NCBI GenBank assembly: GCA_963769025.1
Contig: CAVYKI010000010.1
Location: forward strand, 416,001-480,000
Origin: an uncultured Verrucomicrobiae bacterium
GTDB taxonomy: Bacteria > Verrucomicrobiota > Verrucomicrobiia > Chthoniobacterales > Chthoniobacteraceae
Direction of reading: 5' to 3'
Length of the DNA stretch: 64,000 nucleotides
Positions 1 to 9,513 of the stretch are shown one piece after another. Position 1 is the first letter of the stretch. Each line of letters begins with the position of its first letter. Below the pieces are notes generated by a model. The model did not search any database. It had not been told where the DNA came from and saw nothing but the letters and a program-made list of their open reading frames with translations. A program made the position numbers and the translations under genes.

Positions 1-6
1 GACCCC

Positions 7-594
7 ATGCTTGCCACGCGCCAGAGCCTCATCGCGAGCCTCGGCGACCTGGATGACCGCTCGCGATGGGAGGAATTTTTCGAGACGTACTGGCGGCTCA
101 TCCACAGCGTCGCGATGCGCGCGGGACTGCACGACGACGAGGCGCAGGAGGTCGTGCAGGAGACGTGCATCGCCGTGGCGCGGAACGTCGCGCGCTACGA
201 CAGCAAGGCGGGATCGTTCAAGTCGTGGCTGCTGCAGATGGCGCGGTGGCGCATCACGGATCAGTTTCGCAAGCGCGACAACCGCCGCGCGGTGCGGAGC
301 GACGACGACACGCGCGCCACCGGGACCATCGAGCGGCTTCCGGGCGCGGGCGAGGGCGGGTTCACGGCGATGTGGGAGGAGGAATGGCAGCGCCACGTGC
401 TGGGCGCGGCGCTCGCGAAGGTGAAGCGGCGCGTGGAGCCGAAGCACTACCAGATTTTCGACTGCGTCGTCGTGAAGCAGTGGAGCGCGGCGAAGGCGGC
501 GAAGGAACTCGGCGTGAACATCGCGCAGGTGTACCTCGTGAAGCACCGCCTGAAGGCGATGCTGAAGAGCGAGCTCAAGGCGCTCGAACTCTGA
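7..594 (+). CDS. ECF-type sigma-70 factor (PVC-type, TRxSL N-terminus)
   Basis: TRQSLI start, region 2 WEEFFETYW..DEAQEVVQE..SFKSWL, region 4 HTH (AAKELGVNIAQVYLVKHR). The true start may lie upstream of the window. Confidence 0.9.
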   Translation: MLATRQSLIASLGDLDDRSRWEEFFETYWRLIHSVAMRAGLHDDEAQEVVQETCIAVARNVARYDSKAGSFKSWLLQMARWRITDQFRKRDNRRAVRSDDDTRATGTIERLPGAGEGGFTAMWEEEWQRHVLGAALAKVKRRVEPKHYQIFDCVVVKQWSAAKAAKELGVNIAQVYLVKHRLKAMLKSELKALEL

Positions 595-1857
595 CTACGA
601 GACGAGCGGCAGAAAGACGGTGAACGTGCTGCCCTGGCCGGACTTTGTCGTGAGGCGGATGGCGCCTCCGGCTTCGTTGATGAGTTCCTTCACGCTGCCA
701 AGCCCGAGGCCGGTCCCCTGCCCGGGCCGCTTGGTGGTGAAAGGCTGGTGGAAGAGCCGCGGAACGACGGCGGACGGAATGCCGGGACCATTGTCGCGAA
801 CGCTGATGGCCACCATGGGCATGTCGGCCGCGAAACGGTCGGACAGGATGAAGCGTTCGTCCGTGCCGTTCGTGAAGCCGGCGATATCAAACTTTTTCGG
901 AATCGCCTGCGCGATGACTTCGACGCGGATGGGCGCCGTCGCGCTCTGGAGCCCATTGAGCGCAAGATTGATCAGGACGCGGAGCAGATCCGTGCCGGAA
1001 ATGGCGGCGTGAGTGTGCTCATCGAGTTCGCTGATGGTGAGTTCGCAGCCCTCGGCGCTCGGGTGCTTGCTCAGGAGTTCCTGCAAGTCCACGAGCACCT
1101 CGTTCACAGCGACACTCTCGTTGACGGCGCCGTCGGCGGCACGGCGGACGCCGAGGTAGCGCCGTGAGATTTCCAGGCATCGCACGACCTGACCGTGGAC
1201 GCGGGCGATGCTGTTCTTCATCTTCTCGAGCTCCTCGCCCTCAAGGCTGGCGGCGCTGCCGACCTGCTTGTGGATGAGCTCGATGAACCCGTTGATGACG
1301 GTGAGCGGGCTGTTGAGATCGTGGAGGATGTTGCCCGCGGTGTCGCCGGCGCGCGCGATGGATCCGCCGATGGCAGAGTCCGAAATTTCCTCCTGCAATT
1401 TTTGCAGGCGCACGTGCGCCGACTTGAGTTCGTGGCTGGCGCGGCGCTTGGCGAGCGCCTTGCTGGCGGCGGTGCGCAGCGCGGCGATGTCGAACGGCTT
1501 GTTGAGATACTCCCTAGCCCCGAGGCGGAGCGCCTGCCGCGCGGTCTCGAGCGTCTCGTAGGCCGTGAGCATGATGACCTCGATGTCCTCGTCGATGTGC
1601 TTGAGCTCGCGCAGGACGTCCACGCCGGACATTCCGTGCATGAGGATGTCGAGGATGGCTACATCGACCTTGTTGCTGCGCGCAAGTTTCACGGCGTCGA
1701 TGCCGTTGGAGGCGAGCAGCACGTCAAAGTCGTTCTTGAAAACGACCTTGAGCGAGGTGCGCGGCCCTTCCTCGTCGTCAACGACGAGCAGCACAGGTTT
1801 GCCGGAGGCGGGCTTTTCGAGGTGGATGACGGGTTCCGGCACGGCGGTGGAAAACAT
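595..1857 (-). CDS. Hybrid response regulator (REC) - histidine kinase
   Basis: LVVDDE..ILDILM..KPFD receiver; H-box LHDLNSPL; N-box INLALN; DNGPGIP; GTGLGL. Start placed at ATG 1857. Confidence 0.9.
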   Translation of the reverse strand: MFSTAVPEPVIHLEKPASGKPVLLVVDDEEGPRTSLKVVFKNDFDVLLASNGIDAVKLARSNKVDVAILDILMHGMSGVDVLRELKHIDEDIEVIMLTAYETLETARQALRLGAREYLNKPFDIAALRTAASKALAKRRASHELKSAHVRLQKLQEEISDSAIGGSIARAGDTAGNILHDLNSPLTVINGFIELIHKQVGSAASLEGEELEKMKNSIARVHGQVVRCLEISRRYLGVRRAADGAVNESVAVNEVLVDLQELLSKHPSAEGCELTISELDEHTHAAISGTDLLRVLINLALNGLQSATAPIRVEVIAQAIPKKFDIAGFTNGTDERFILSDRFAADMPMVAISVRDNGPGIPSAVVPRLFHQPFTTKRPGQGTGLGLGSVKELINEAGGAIRLTTKSGQGSTFTVFLPLVS

Positions 1858-1867
1858 GGATGTCGGG

Positions 1868-3145
1868 TTAGAATCGATAACCTGCACTGACGGAAATCGC
1901 GTGGCTGTTAAATTTGTAGGTGCCGTCTGCGACGCCGCCCTGGCTGACGGTGCGCGTGGGGCCGAAGGCGTACTGGTAGGCGATGTCAAAGTCCCATTGC
2001 TTGTACGTTTTGCCGAACCCCATGCTGAAGATGTGGCGGTTCGAGTCGGGCACGATCGGGTTGAACGCACTGTTGGAGATGCTGTTCTCGCTGTAGATGT
2101 AGCCGGCGCTGGCGGTGAGGCCACTGTCGAATCTGTACGTCGCGCCGAATTCGTAGAAGAACGAGGACTGCCAGTTGAACGGCAGCGGGACATTGCCGCT
2201 GCCCTTGTTGAGGAGGACGGTGTTGAGGCGGTCCCAGTCGGTCCAGTCCACGTTGACTTCGAGGTTCCACTTCTCCGTCGGACGGTAGCTGTAGCCGAGG
2301 ACGATGTTCTGCGGGAAGACGATGTTCGCCGTGGCGGATTCTCGGTTGCCGATGACGGTCGGGATGTAGGTGTTCGCGTGGCCGTCGAAAGTCACCTGCG
2401 TCTCGCTGCGATACATGAGGCCAAAGCTGTGCTTGGGATCCGGGCGCCACATGATGCCCGCGTTTGCGCCGAGGCCCCAGCCGGCGCCTTCGAATTCAAA
2501 CGCATCGCCCACCGTGACGATGCCGCGCTTGAGCGCAGTCTTGGCGTAGTTGATCGTCGGACCGGCGGCGACGGAAAGCGTCTTGGTGACCTGCCAGGCG
2601 ACGACGGGGTTCAGCGACGTGTAGGCGATGCTTCCGCTGATCGCCGCCTGCCGCAGCGGCGAATTTTCCGGATACCAGACGCCAAAGCCGTACGGGGAGT
2701 ACATGCCGAAGCCGAAGGTGAACGGGGAGTTCTCCTTTTTCCAGGTGGCGTAAAAGCTGCCCGCGACCTGCCAGCGGTGGCTGATGTCGAGCGAGCCGCG
2801 GCCGCCGGAGAGATTCACCTGGTTGCCGAGCGTGATGGCGTAGGTGCCCATGCGCAGGCGCAGGCCGCCCTCACCGCCGGAAGATTCCGGTTCCGCGGGC
2901 ACGGCCCCCTTTCCGCCGAGCGACGGCGTGAAGGCGGGCGAGTTCAGGTCGGTCGAGTAGAGCTGCGAGATGCCGGCGGGATTGTAGTAGATGGCCGAGG
3001 GATTGTCGGCGGTCGCGGTAAATGCGTTGCCCCTCGCGGTGGCGTGCGCGTCCTGATCCGAGATCCGGATGCCGAGCGCGAATGAAACGGTGGGGACGAA
3101 CGAGGCAATGGCGACAGCCAGAGCGATAGGGTGGGCTTTTTTCAT
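1868..3145 (-). CDS. OmpP1/FadL/TodX family outer-membrane transporter
   Basis: Signal peptide MKKAHP..SFA, hatch motif ADNPSAIYYNPAG, beta-strand pattern, terminal YRF. Confidence 0.9.
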   Translation of the reverse strand: MKKAHPIALAVAIASFVPTVSFALGIRISDQDAHATARGNAFTATADNPSAIYYNPAGISQLYSTDLNSPAFTPSLGGKGAVPAEPESSGGEGGLRLRMGTYAITLGNQVNLSGGRGSLDISHRWQVAGSFYATWKKENSPFTFGFGMYSPYGFGVWYPENSPLRQAAISGSIAYTSLNPVVAWQVTKTLSVAAGPTINYAKTALKRGIVTVGDAFEFEGAGWGLGANAGIMWRPDPKHSFGLMYRSETQVTFDGHANTYIPTVIGNRESATANIVFPQNIVLGYSYRPTEKWNLEVNVDWTDWDRLNTVLLNKGSGNVPLPFNWQSSFFYEFGATYRFDSGLTASAGYIYSENSISNSAFNPIVPDSNRHIFSMGFGKTYKQWDFDIAYQYAFGPTRTVSQGGVADGTYKFNSHAISVSAGYRF

Positions 3146-3313
3146 GGTTGGGCGCGAATGAGATAGCAAGTCCCCTGCCGGTCTGACAGACAAAATTCTT
3201 ATCGCAGCGAGAATGCCTTTTGTTTGGCCCGTGCAGCAGTTCCGCCGCAGATGACGCCAAATTTAATTATTTTTCCGAGCAATCCAGTCCGCCCTGACTC
3301 AAACTCTCGGCAC

Positions 3314-3985
3314 ATGAAACTACTGGTCATCGAAGACGAATTGAAAATCGCGAGCCTGCTGAAGAAGGGATTGCAGGAACAGGGCTTCGAAGTGGACATC
3401 AGCGGCGACGGCGAAGACGGCCTCGATCGCGCGACCACGACGCCCTACGACGCGATCGTCATCGACATCATGCTGCCCAAGCGCGACGGCCTCAGCGTGC
3501 TCCGGACCTTGCGCACGCGAAAGGTGACGGCGCCGGTGATGATCATCACCGCACGCGGCGACGTGACCGAGCGCATCGAGGGCCTGAACCTCGGCGCGGA
3601 TGATTACATGGCAAAGCCGTTCTCGATGGACGAAGTGGTCGCGCGGATTCGCGCCCTGATCCGCCGCGTCACCGGCGAGACCATCACGCTCTACAAGGTC
3701 GGCGACCTCACGATGAACCTCGTGAAGCGCGAAGTCATGCGCGGCACCCGGAAGATCCATCTCACCGCCCGCGAATTCCGCCTGCTCGAGCACCTCATGC
3801 GGCTGCCCGGCCAGGTGGTCACCCGCACGCAGCTCATCGAACGCGTGTGGGAATATCACTTCGACCCCGGGACGAACCTCGTGGACGTGTACATCCAGCG
3901 GCTGCGGCGGAAGCTCGATGACGGCGAGGACGTGAAGCTCATCCAGACCGTGCGCGGCGTCGGCTATAGCGTGACGGCAGAATAG
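3314..3985 (+). CDS. OmpR/CusR-family DNA-binding response regulator
   Basis: MKLLVIEDE, DIMLP, GADDYMAKPF, winged helix NLVDVYIQRLRRKL..TVRGVGY. Confidence 0.95.
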   Translation: MKLLVIEDELKIASLLKKGLQEQGFEVDISGDGEDGLDRATTTPYDAIVIDIMLPKRDGLSVLRTLRTRKVTAPVMIITARGDVTERIEGLNLGADDYMAKPFSMDEVVARIRALIRRVTGETITLYKVGDLTMNLVKREVMRGTRKIHLTAREFRLLEHLMRLPGQVVTRTQLIERVWEYHFDPGTNLVDVYIQRLRRKLDDGEDVKLIQTVRGVGYSVTAE

Positions 3986-3988
3986 CCG

Positions 3989-5380
3989 ATGAACGCCCAG
4001 CCGCTCAGGACGCGCCTGGTTTTGTGGACGGTGCTGGTCGGCGGGCTTTCCGTGGCGCTCTTCGGCGGAATCATCGGCCAGTCGCTGAAGCTGGCGATGC
4101 GGCGGCATCTCGACTCGACGCTGAAACGGGAGGGAAACAGCGTCTTCCAGAATGTCCAGCGGCTGGGTCATGCGATGAACTGGAGCGACCAGGCCGAGGT
4201 GGCGAAACTCTTCAGCGCGGTCATCAGCCTTTACAGCTTCGAGATCGAGGAGCCACCCGGCAAACTGGTGTACCGCTCCAGGGATCTCGGCGACACGCCG
4301 CTCCCCACTGGTCCGGAGGATTCGGTCTATACGGGTTCCGTCGGCGGTTCCGATGCCGTCAGGGTCCTGCAAATCAACAGGGGAACGATGCGCATCCGCG
4401 TCGCGGTGGATGCCAGCCCTTTGACCGAATGGGAGAAAAGCATGTGGTGGACGTACGCCATCATCATCCCACTCACGCTCGCCTTCCTCGCCGGCGGGGC
4501 GCGTTGGCTGTATGTGAAGGCGCTGAAGCCCGTGGACGACATCGTGGAGGCGGCGGAACGGATCACCGCCAAGAGCCTCGAACAACGCCTGCCGTTGACC
4601 GGCAACCGCGACGAAATCGGACATCTCACGACGGTTCTGAACCGGATGATCGACCGCCTTCAGCTCAGCTTTGAGCAGGCGCGGCGTTTCAGCGCCGACG
4701 CGTCGCACGAACTCAAGACGCCGCTCACCATCATCCGCGGCGAACTCGAGATCGCGCTGCGCTCGGGGGAAATTCCGCACGGAGTCGAGCGGACGATGCT
4801 CGACCTGCTCGACGAGACGGGGCGGCTCATCCACATCGTCGAGGGGCTGCTGCTCCTCTCGCAGGCGGATGCGGGAAAATTTCCGGTCGGCAGCGACCCG
4901 GTACCGCTCACGGAACTCATCGAGGAACTCGCGGAGGACATCGAGATCCTCGGGGACCGGCTGGAAATCGAAGTGACGCTCCAACTCGAGCCTTCCGTCC
5001 GCGTCAAAGGCAGCCCGCAGTTTCTCCGCCAGCTCGTGCTCAACCTTTTCGACAACGCGATCAAATACAACCGGCGCAGCGGCACCATCCGCTGCGAACT
5101 CACGACCGCCGCCGGCATGGCCGTCTTCCGCATCGCGAACACGGGCGAGACGATCCCGCCCGGCGATCGCGAGCGCATCTTCAACCGCTTTTTCCGCGTG
5201 GAGTCTTCGCGCACGCGGGGCGATGCCGGCGGCGGCCAGGGCCTCGGCCTGAGCATCGCCCGCGAAATCGTCCGCGCACACGGCGGCACGCTCACCATCG
5301 AAAACTCGGAGCCCGGCTGGACCATGTTCCAGTTCACCATTCCGCTTTGCGATTCCCCCGCGGGAAAAACGGATCGCTGA
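3989..5380 (+). CDS. CusS-like sensor histidine kinase (2 TM, HAMP, HisKA, HATPase)
   Basis: FSADASHELKTPL, NLFDNAIKY, GLGLSIA; starts 3 bp after the regulator. Confidence 0.95.
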   Translation: MNAQPLRTRLVLWTVLVGGLSVALFGGIIGQSLKLAMRRHLDSTLKREGNSVFQNVQRLGHAMNWSDQAEVAKLFSAVISLYSFEIEEPPGKLVYRSRDLGDTPLPTGPEDSVYTGSVGGSDAVRVLQINRGTMRIRVAVDASPLTEWEKSMWWTYAIIIPLTLAFLAGGARWLYVKALKPVDDIVEAAERITAKSLEQRLPLTGNRDEIGHLTTVLNRMIDRLQLSFEQARRFSADASHELKTPLTIIRGELEIALRSGEIPHGVERTMLDLLDETGRLIHIVEGLLLLSQADAGKFPVGSDPVPLTELIEELAEDIEILGDRLEIEVTLQLEPSVRVKGSPQFLRQLVLNLFDNAIKYNRRSGTIRCELTTAAGMAVFRIANTGETIPPGDRERIFNRFFRVESSRTRGDAGGGQGLGLSIAREIVRAHGGTLTIENSEPGWTMFQFTIPLCDSPAGKTDR

Positions 5381-5398
5381 TCGCCGGGGGCGCGCAGC

Positions 5399-5533
5399 CT
5401 ACTTGAGCGGATCCTTTTTGCTGCAACCGCAGCCGCCCTTGCCGGCCTTTTTCGAGCGCGCGCGCAGCACGAGATACACCACCGCGCCGAGCACCGCCGC
5501 GACGACGAGGATCTGCTGGACGGTCTCGTTCAC
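5399..5533 (-). CDS. FeoB-associated Cys-rich small membrane protein
   Basis: GTG start overlaps the feoB stop (GTGA); one TM helix followed by GKGGCGCSKK. Confidence 0.8.
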   Translation of the reverse strand: MNETVQQILVVAAVLGAVVYLVLRARSKKAGKGGCGCSKKDPLK

Positions 5534-7614
5534 TGGAAGCCGAGCAGCCGCCCGCCCTGGTAAACGACAAACGCGCCGACCCACGCGAGCACGGTCATGT
5601 AAGCGATTTGGAACAGCGGCCAGCGCCACGAGTTCGTCTCGCGCCGCACGATGGCGACGGTGCTGATGCACTGCATCGCGAGGACGTAGAAGACCATGAT
5701 CGAAAGGCACACGAGCGGCGTGAAGACGGGCGTCCCGTCGGCACGGCGCTCGGCGCGCATCTGGCTGCGGAGATCCTCATTCTCCTCATCGGCGTCCTCG
5801 ATGTTGTAAATCTGGCCCATGGTGCTCACGAAAACTTCGCGCGCGGCGAACGAGGCGACAAGGCCGATGCCGATTTTCCAATCGTAGCCCAGCGGCGCGA
5901 TGACCGGCTCGATCGCGTGCCCCATCCGCCCGCCGATGCTGTGCGCGAGGGACTCGGACGGCGTGGGATCCGGCGTCGTGGGCTTCGGATAGCTGAGCAG
6001 CGCCCAGAGGATGACGCTGAGGGCGAGGATGACCGTGCCCGCCCGGCGGAGGAACAGCACCGCACGCTCCCACATCCGCTGCACGATGCCGCGCAACACG
6101 GGCGCGCGGTAAGGCGGCAGTTCGAGCAGCAGCATGGGCGTCTCGCTGCGCAGGATCGTCTTTTTGAAAAGGCCCGCCATGACGAACGCGGCGAGGATGC
6201 CGATCAGATACATGCACAGCATCACCCCCGCCTTGCTCCACACTCCCTGCGCGGGCATGAGCAGCGAAATCATGATCGCATACACCGGGAGCCGCGCGGA
6301 GCAGCTCATCAGCGGCGCGACGAGGATGGTGACGAAGCGGTCGTTGCGGTTCTCGATCGTGCGCGTCGCCATGATGCCTGGAATCGCGCACGCGAACGAA
6401 CTCAGCAGCGGGACAAACGATTTCCCGTGCAGGCCCACGCGCGACATCATGCGGTCCATGATGAACGCGGCGCGCGCCATGTAGCCGCTGTCCTCCAGCA
6501 GCCCGAGGAAGAAAAAGAGGATCAGGATTTGCGGGAGAAATATGACGACATTGCCCACGCCGCCGATCACGCCGTCCACGACAAGGCTCTGCAGATCGCC
6601 GGGCGGAAGGTGCGCGCCTGTCCATTTTGCGAGCGCCTCCATCCCGGCGCTGATCCACTCCATCGGCGCCTGCGCGACGACGAAGATGCACACGAACATC
6701 AGCACCATCATCCCGATGAACGCGATCCAGCCCCACAGCTTGTGCGTGAGGATCTGGTCCATGTGGTCGCTGAACGTCAGCCCGTGCGAATCCTCCCCGC
6801 GACGGTGCACGACGGAAGCGCACACTTCCGACACCCACGCGTAGCGCGCATCCACCGGCGCGGCGATCGGGTCCAGCCCGCTGAGCCGCAGCCGCTCGCG
6901 CGCGGCATGGATCTCCGCGAGCAGCGCGGCATTCCCTTTCACCTCCGCGCCAAGGCGTTCGTCTTCGAGCGAAAGGAGCAGCATCGCCTCCGGGCGCGTG
7001 CTTCCCGCGTGGCAATCGATGATGCGCGACAGCGCGGCGACCTCGCGTTCGAGCACGATGGGGAGCTGCGCCTTGCGGTCGGAAACGTGGAGCGTGGGAC
7101 GGGAGAGCGCCTGCTTGAGCTCGATGAGCCCCTGCCCGCGGCTCGCGACCATCGGGATCACCGGCACGCCCAGGCTGTCGCGCAACGCGAGCAGATCGAT
7201 CGACAGCCCGCGCTTTTCCGCGACGTCCACCATGTTCAGCGCGACGATGACGGGGATGTCCAGTTCGAGAAATTGCGCGACGAGGTAGAGATGCCGGTCG
7301 AGGTTCGACGCATCGAGCACCGCGATGATCGCATCCGGCCGCGGCGTCCCGGGCACGCGGCCCAGCAGCAAATCGCGCGACACCGCCTCGTCCGGCGAAC
7401 GCACCTGCAGGCTGTAGCTGCCCGGCAGATCGAGCAGTTCCATCGCCTCGCCGTGGCTGCCAAAAAATCGCCCCGTCTTTTTTTCCACCGTCACGCCGGG
7501 ATAGTTCCCCACTTTCTGACGCAGGCCCGTGAGGGCGTTGAAAATCGTGCTCTTCCCCGTGTTCGGATTTCCGGCGATGGCGATGCGTCGGAAGAGTTTT
7601 GGAAGGTCACCCAT
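5530..7614 (-). CDS. feoB: Ferrous iron transporter B
   Basis: GNPNTGKS, NYPGVTVE, DLPGSY, NMVD G-motifs; gate motifs LEDSGYMARAAF, MSCSARLPVY. Confidence 0.98.
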   Translation of the reverse strand: MGDLPKLFRRIAIAGNPNTGKSTIFNALTGLRQKVGNYPGVTVEKKTGRFFGSHGEAMELLDLPGSYSLQVRSPDEAVSRDLLLGRVPGTPRPDAIIAVLDASNLDRHLYLVAQFLELDIPVIVALNMVDVAEKRGLSIDLLALRDSLGVPVIPMVASRGQGLIELKQALSRPTLHVSDRKAQLPIVLEREVAALSRIIDCHAGSTRPEAMLLLSLEDERLGAEVKGNAALLAEIHAARERLRLSGLDPIAAPVDARYAWVSEVCASVVHRRGEDSHGLTFSDHMDQILTHKLWGWIAFIGMMVLMFVCIFVVAQAPMEWISAGMEALAKWTGAHLPPGDLQSLVVDGVIGGVGNVVIFLPQILILFFFLGLLEDSGYMARAAFIMDRMMSRVGLHGKSFVPLLSSFACAIPGIMATRTIENRNDRFVTILVAPLMSCSARLPVYAIMISLLMPAQGVWSKAGVMLCMYLIGILAAFVMAGLFKKTILRSETPMLLLELPPYRAPVLRGIVQRMWERAVLFLRRAGTVILALSVILWALLSYPKPTTPDPTPSESLAHSIGGRMGHAIEPVIAPLGYDWKIGIGLVASFAAREVFVSTMGQIYNIEDADEENEDLRSQMRAERRADGTPVFTPLVCLSIMVFYVLAMQCISTVAIVRRETNSWRWPLFQIAYMTVLAWVGAFVVYQGGRLLGFQ

Positions 7615-7617
7615 GGC

Positions 7618-7884
7618 TCAGATTCGTTGCACGCGGATGCCCGCGGCTTCCGCCTTGCGCAGCGAAATGTGCGCGCCGCGGACCTTGAATTCCATCGGGT
7701 CGCCCAGCGGCGCAAAACGCACGACCTCGACCACCGTCCCGACCGTGAAGCCCATTTCCATCACCCGGCCGCGCATCGATCCGGGCACTTCCACGGCGAG
7801 CACCTTCGCGCGCTGTCCCGGTTGGAGCGCACTGAGAGGTTCCGCCTCGCTCCGGGGCTCCGCTGTCTCCGCGTTGTCACTCAT
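7618..7884 (-). CDS. feoA: Ferrous iron transport protein A
   Basis: RVMEMGFTVG..APLGDPMEFKVRG..LRKAEA. Confidence 0.95.
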   Translation of the reverse strand: MSDNAETAEPRSEAEPLSALQPGQRAKVLAVEVPGSMRGRVMEMGFTVGTVVEVVRFAPLGDPMEFKVRGAHISLRKAEAAGIRVQRI

Positions 7885-7890
7885 GGCGGC

Positions 7891-8133
7891 TCAGACTGCG
7901 AACCGCTCCACTTCCACGTGGTCGCAAAGTTCACGGCCCAGCGCCAGGCGCGTCCCCATCAGCAGGCAGATCACCGCAGCGCCGTCCGCGATTTTCCGCA
8001 CCACCACGTGGTCGCGGAAGCCCAGTTCACGCAGCCGAACGCAGTGCGGACAGTCCGGGCAGATGTGCCGGACACGCAACTGCTCGCCGCATTTTGCGGT
8101 CGCGAGCGTCAGTTTCGGAGTGGGGAAAAGCAT
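7891..8133 (-). CDS. feoA: Second FeoA-family protein with CPDCPHC motif
   Basis: RLRELGF..GTRLALGRE FeoA pattern; first gene of the feo operon. Confidence 0.8.
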   Translation of the reverse strand: MLFPTPKLTLATAKCGEQLRVRHICPDCPHCVRLRELGFRDHVVVRKIADGAAVICLLMGTRLALGRELCDHVEVERFAV

Positions 8134-8156
8134 CGGTGTATTTCTTACTACAGTGC

Positions 8157-8199
8157 CTGAGATTGGGTCGCAAGAACAATTGCGATTGAGTCGCAATTG
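8157..8199. promoter_or_regulatory. Tandem Fur-like iron-responsive operator upstream of feoA
   Basis: Perfect inverted repeat CAATTGCGA-TTGAG-TCGCAATTG (8177-8199) plus a degenerate copy TGAGATTGGGTCGCAA (8158-8173). Confidence 0.65.
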
Positions 8200-8302
8200 G
8201 CCTCGCGGACAGGTGAAATACCCGCCCGGAGGCACCGGATTAGGCGGTTTGTCCGCAATTTTTCCGATGTCGCACGCGCGGGAGCCGGACCACTGCCCGC
8301 AG

Positions 8303-9507
8303 TCAGCGGGAAGTACGGACTAGGCGCGCTTTGGGTGCCTGTGGGCGTCGGGAGGCAGTGAGCCACGGATGCGCGAGCGCGCCGGATGCGGACGCGCGTG
8401 CGGAAGCTTCCACCGCCAGCAGCGACGCGAGAAAATCCGCAGCGACGTCGGCTTCCGTTTTCGGGAGCTTGGAGAGGCGGCGGACAAACGGCTGCAGCGA
8501 CGTGCGACGGATCGCGGGGCGGAAACGGAGCGCGCCGTCTTGCTCGAAATAGGCGGAGCGGTAGAGGGCCGCGTCGATCATCGCGGGCGGCAGCGGCCCG
8601 CGCAGCCGGGTGATTTCGAGGAGGTGTTCGTAGTTCAGGGTGAGGTCGAGCAGATCGTCCGCGCCGCGGACCTCGCGCCATTTCTCCTCGTGGATGTTCT
8701 TCTCCCCTTCGATCTCGGACGAACCGGGCAGGCTGTTCGCATAACCCCAGAGCGTGGCGTAGGTGCCGTCGAGCGCTGTGTCGTTCAACTGCCGAGCCTG
8801 CCACACGGTGCCGTAGCGTCCGCTGCCGAGGACCTTTTCGAGCGCGTACTTTCCGGCGATGATCGTGCCAGGCTTGAATTGCTCGGCCTTTTCAACGGTC
8901 TCGTCCGCCTTCACGCTTTCGGCGAGCGGGAGTTCGATGGCTTCCTTGCCCGTGCTGAACTCGCGGTACTTTTTCGCCGCGGCTTTGCGCGGGCTGAAGA
9001 GGCGGCGGCCGGTGAGCATTTCAAAGACGGTGCAGCCGAGGCTCCACAGGTCCACGGCTGTGCTCAGCGGTGCGCCGATGATCAGTTCCGGCGCCATGTA
9101 TTCGCGCGTGCCGAAGGTGGAGCCCTGCTTGAAGCGGTTGTCGGCGCTGCCGAGGTCGGCGAGGCGCGCGGTGCCGGTGCGGGCGTCGTAGAGGATATTG
9201 TCGGGCTTGATGTCCGTGTGCGCGTAGCCGCAGCGGTGCAGGCGCTCGGTGGCGCGCAGGAGTTCGCGGGTCACGCGCTTCACGCGGGCGAGCGGCAGCG
9301 GCTCCGCGATCGAGCGCGTCGTCGAGGCTGCGCCCGTGCTTTTCGTAGGCCATGCACACGTGGCCGTCGTGGAGGAATGCCTCGTGCAGTGCCGATGATG
9401 TCCGGGCACTCGCCGAGTTCGCGGCGGAGGAGCTTGTGCAGCGACACCTCGAAGACAGCCCCCTTGCTGTAGCGGCGGCGCTGGATTTTGAGCGCGATTT
9501 TCTCCAC
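8303..9507 (-). CDS. SRPK-like (CMGC) Ser/Thr protein kinase with rearranged subdomain order; two apparent frameshifts (~9390, ~9301)
   Basis: Rebuilt: IALK, alphaC Glu (AVFE), HVCMAYE, PLPLARVK, HTDIKPDN, ADLG, TREYMAPE, DLWSLGC..FEMLTG, HPWL. GSGRYG loop is internal. Confidence 0.85.
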
Positions 9508-9513
9508 GGCGAA

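Noticed and set aside
3320..8160. Long antisense ORFs (e.g. 3320-5281, 5608-8160; also 23110-24624, 54357-56963)
   Set aside because: Shadow frames of high-GC genes, with no motifs, fully overlapping well-supported genes.
8303..9507. Kinase as a class III/IV lanthipeptide synthetase (precursor has Ser/Thr and Cys)
   Set aside because: About 400 aa with no lyase or cyclase domain, and none nearby; motifs are SRPK-like.
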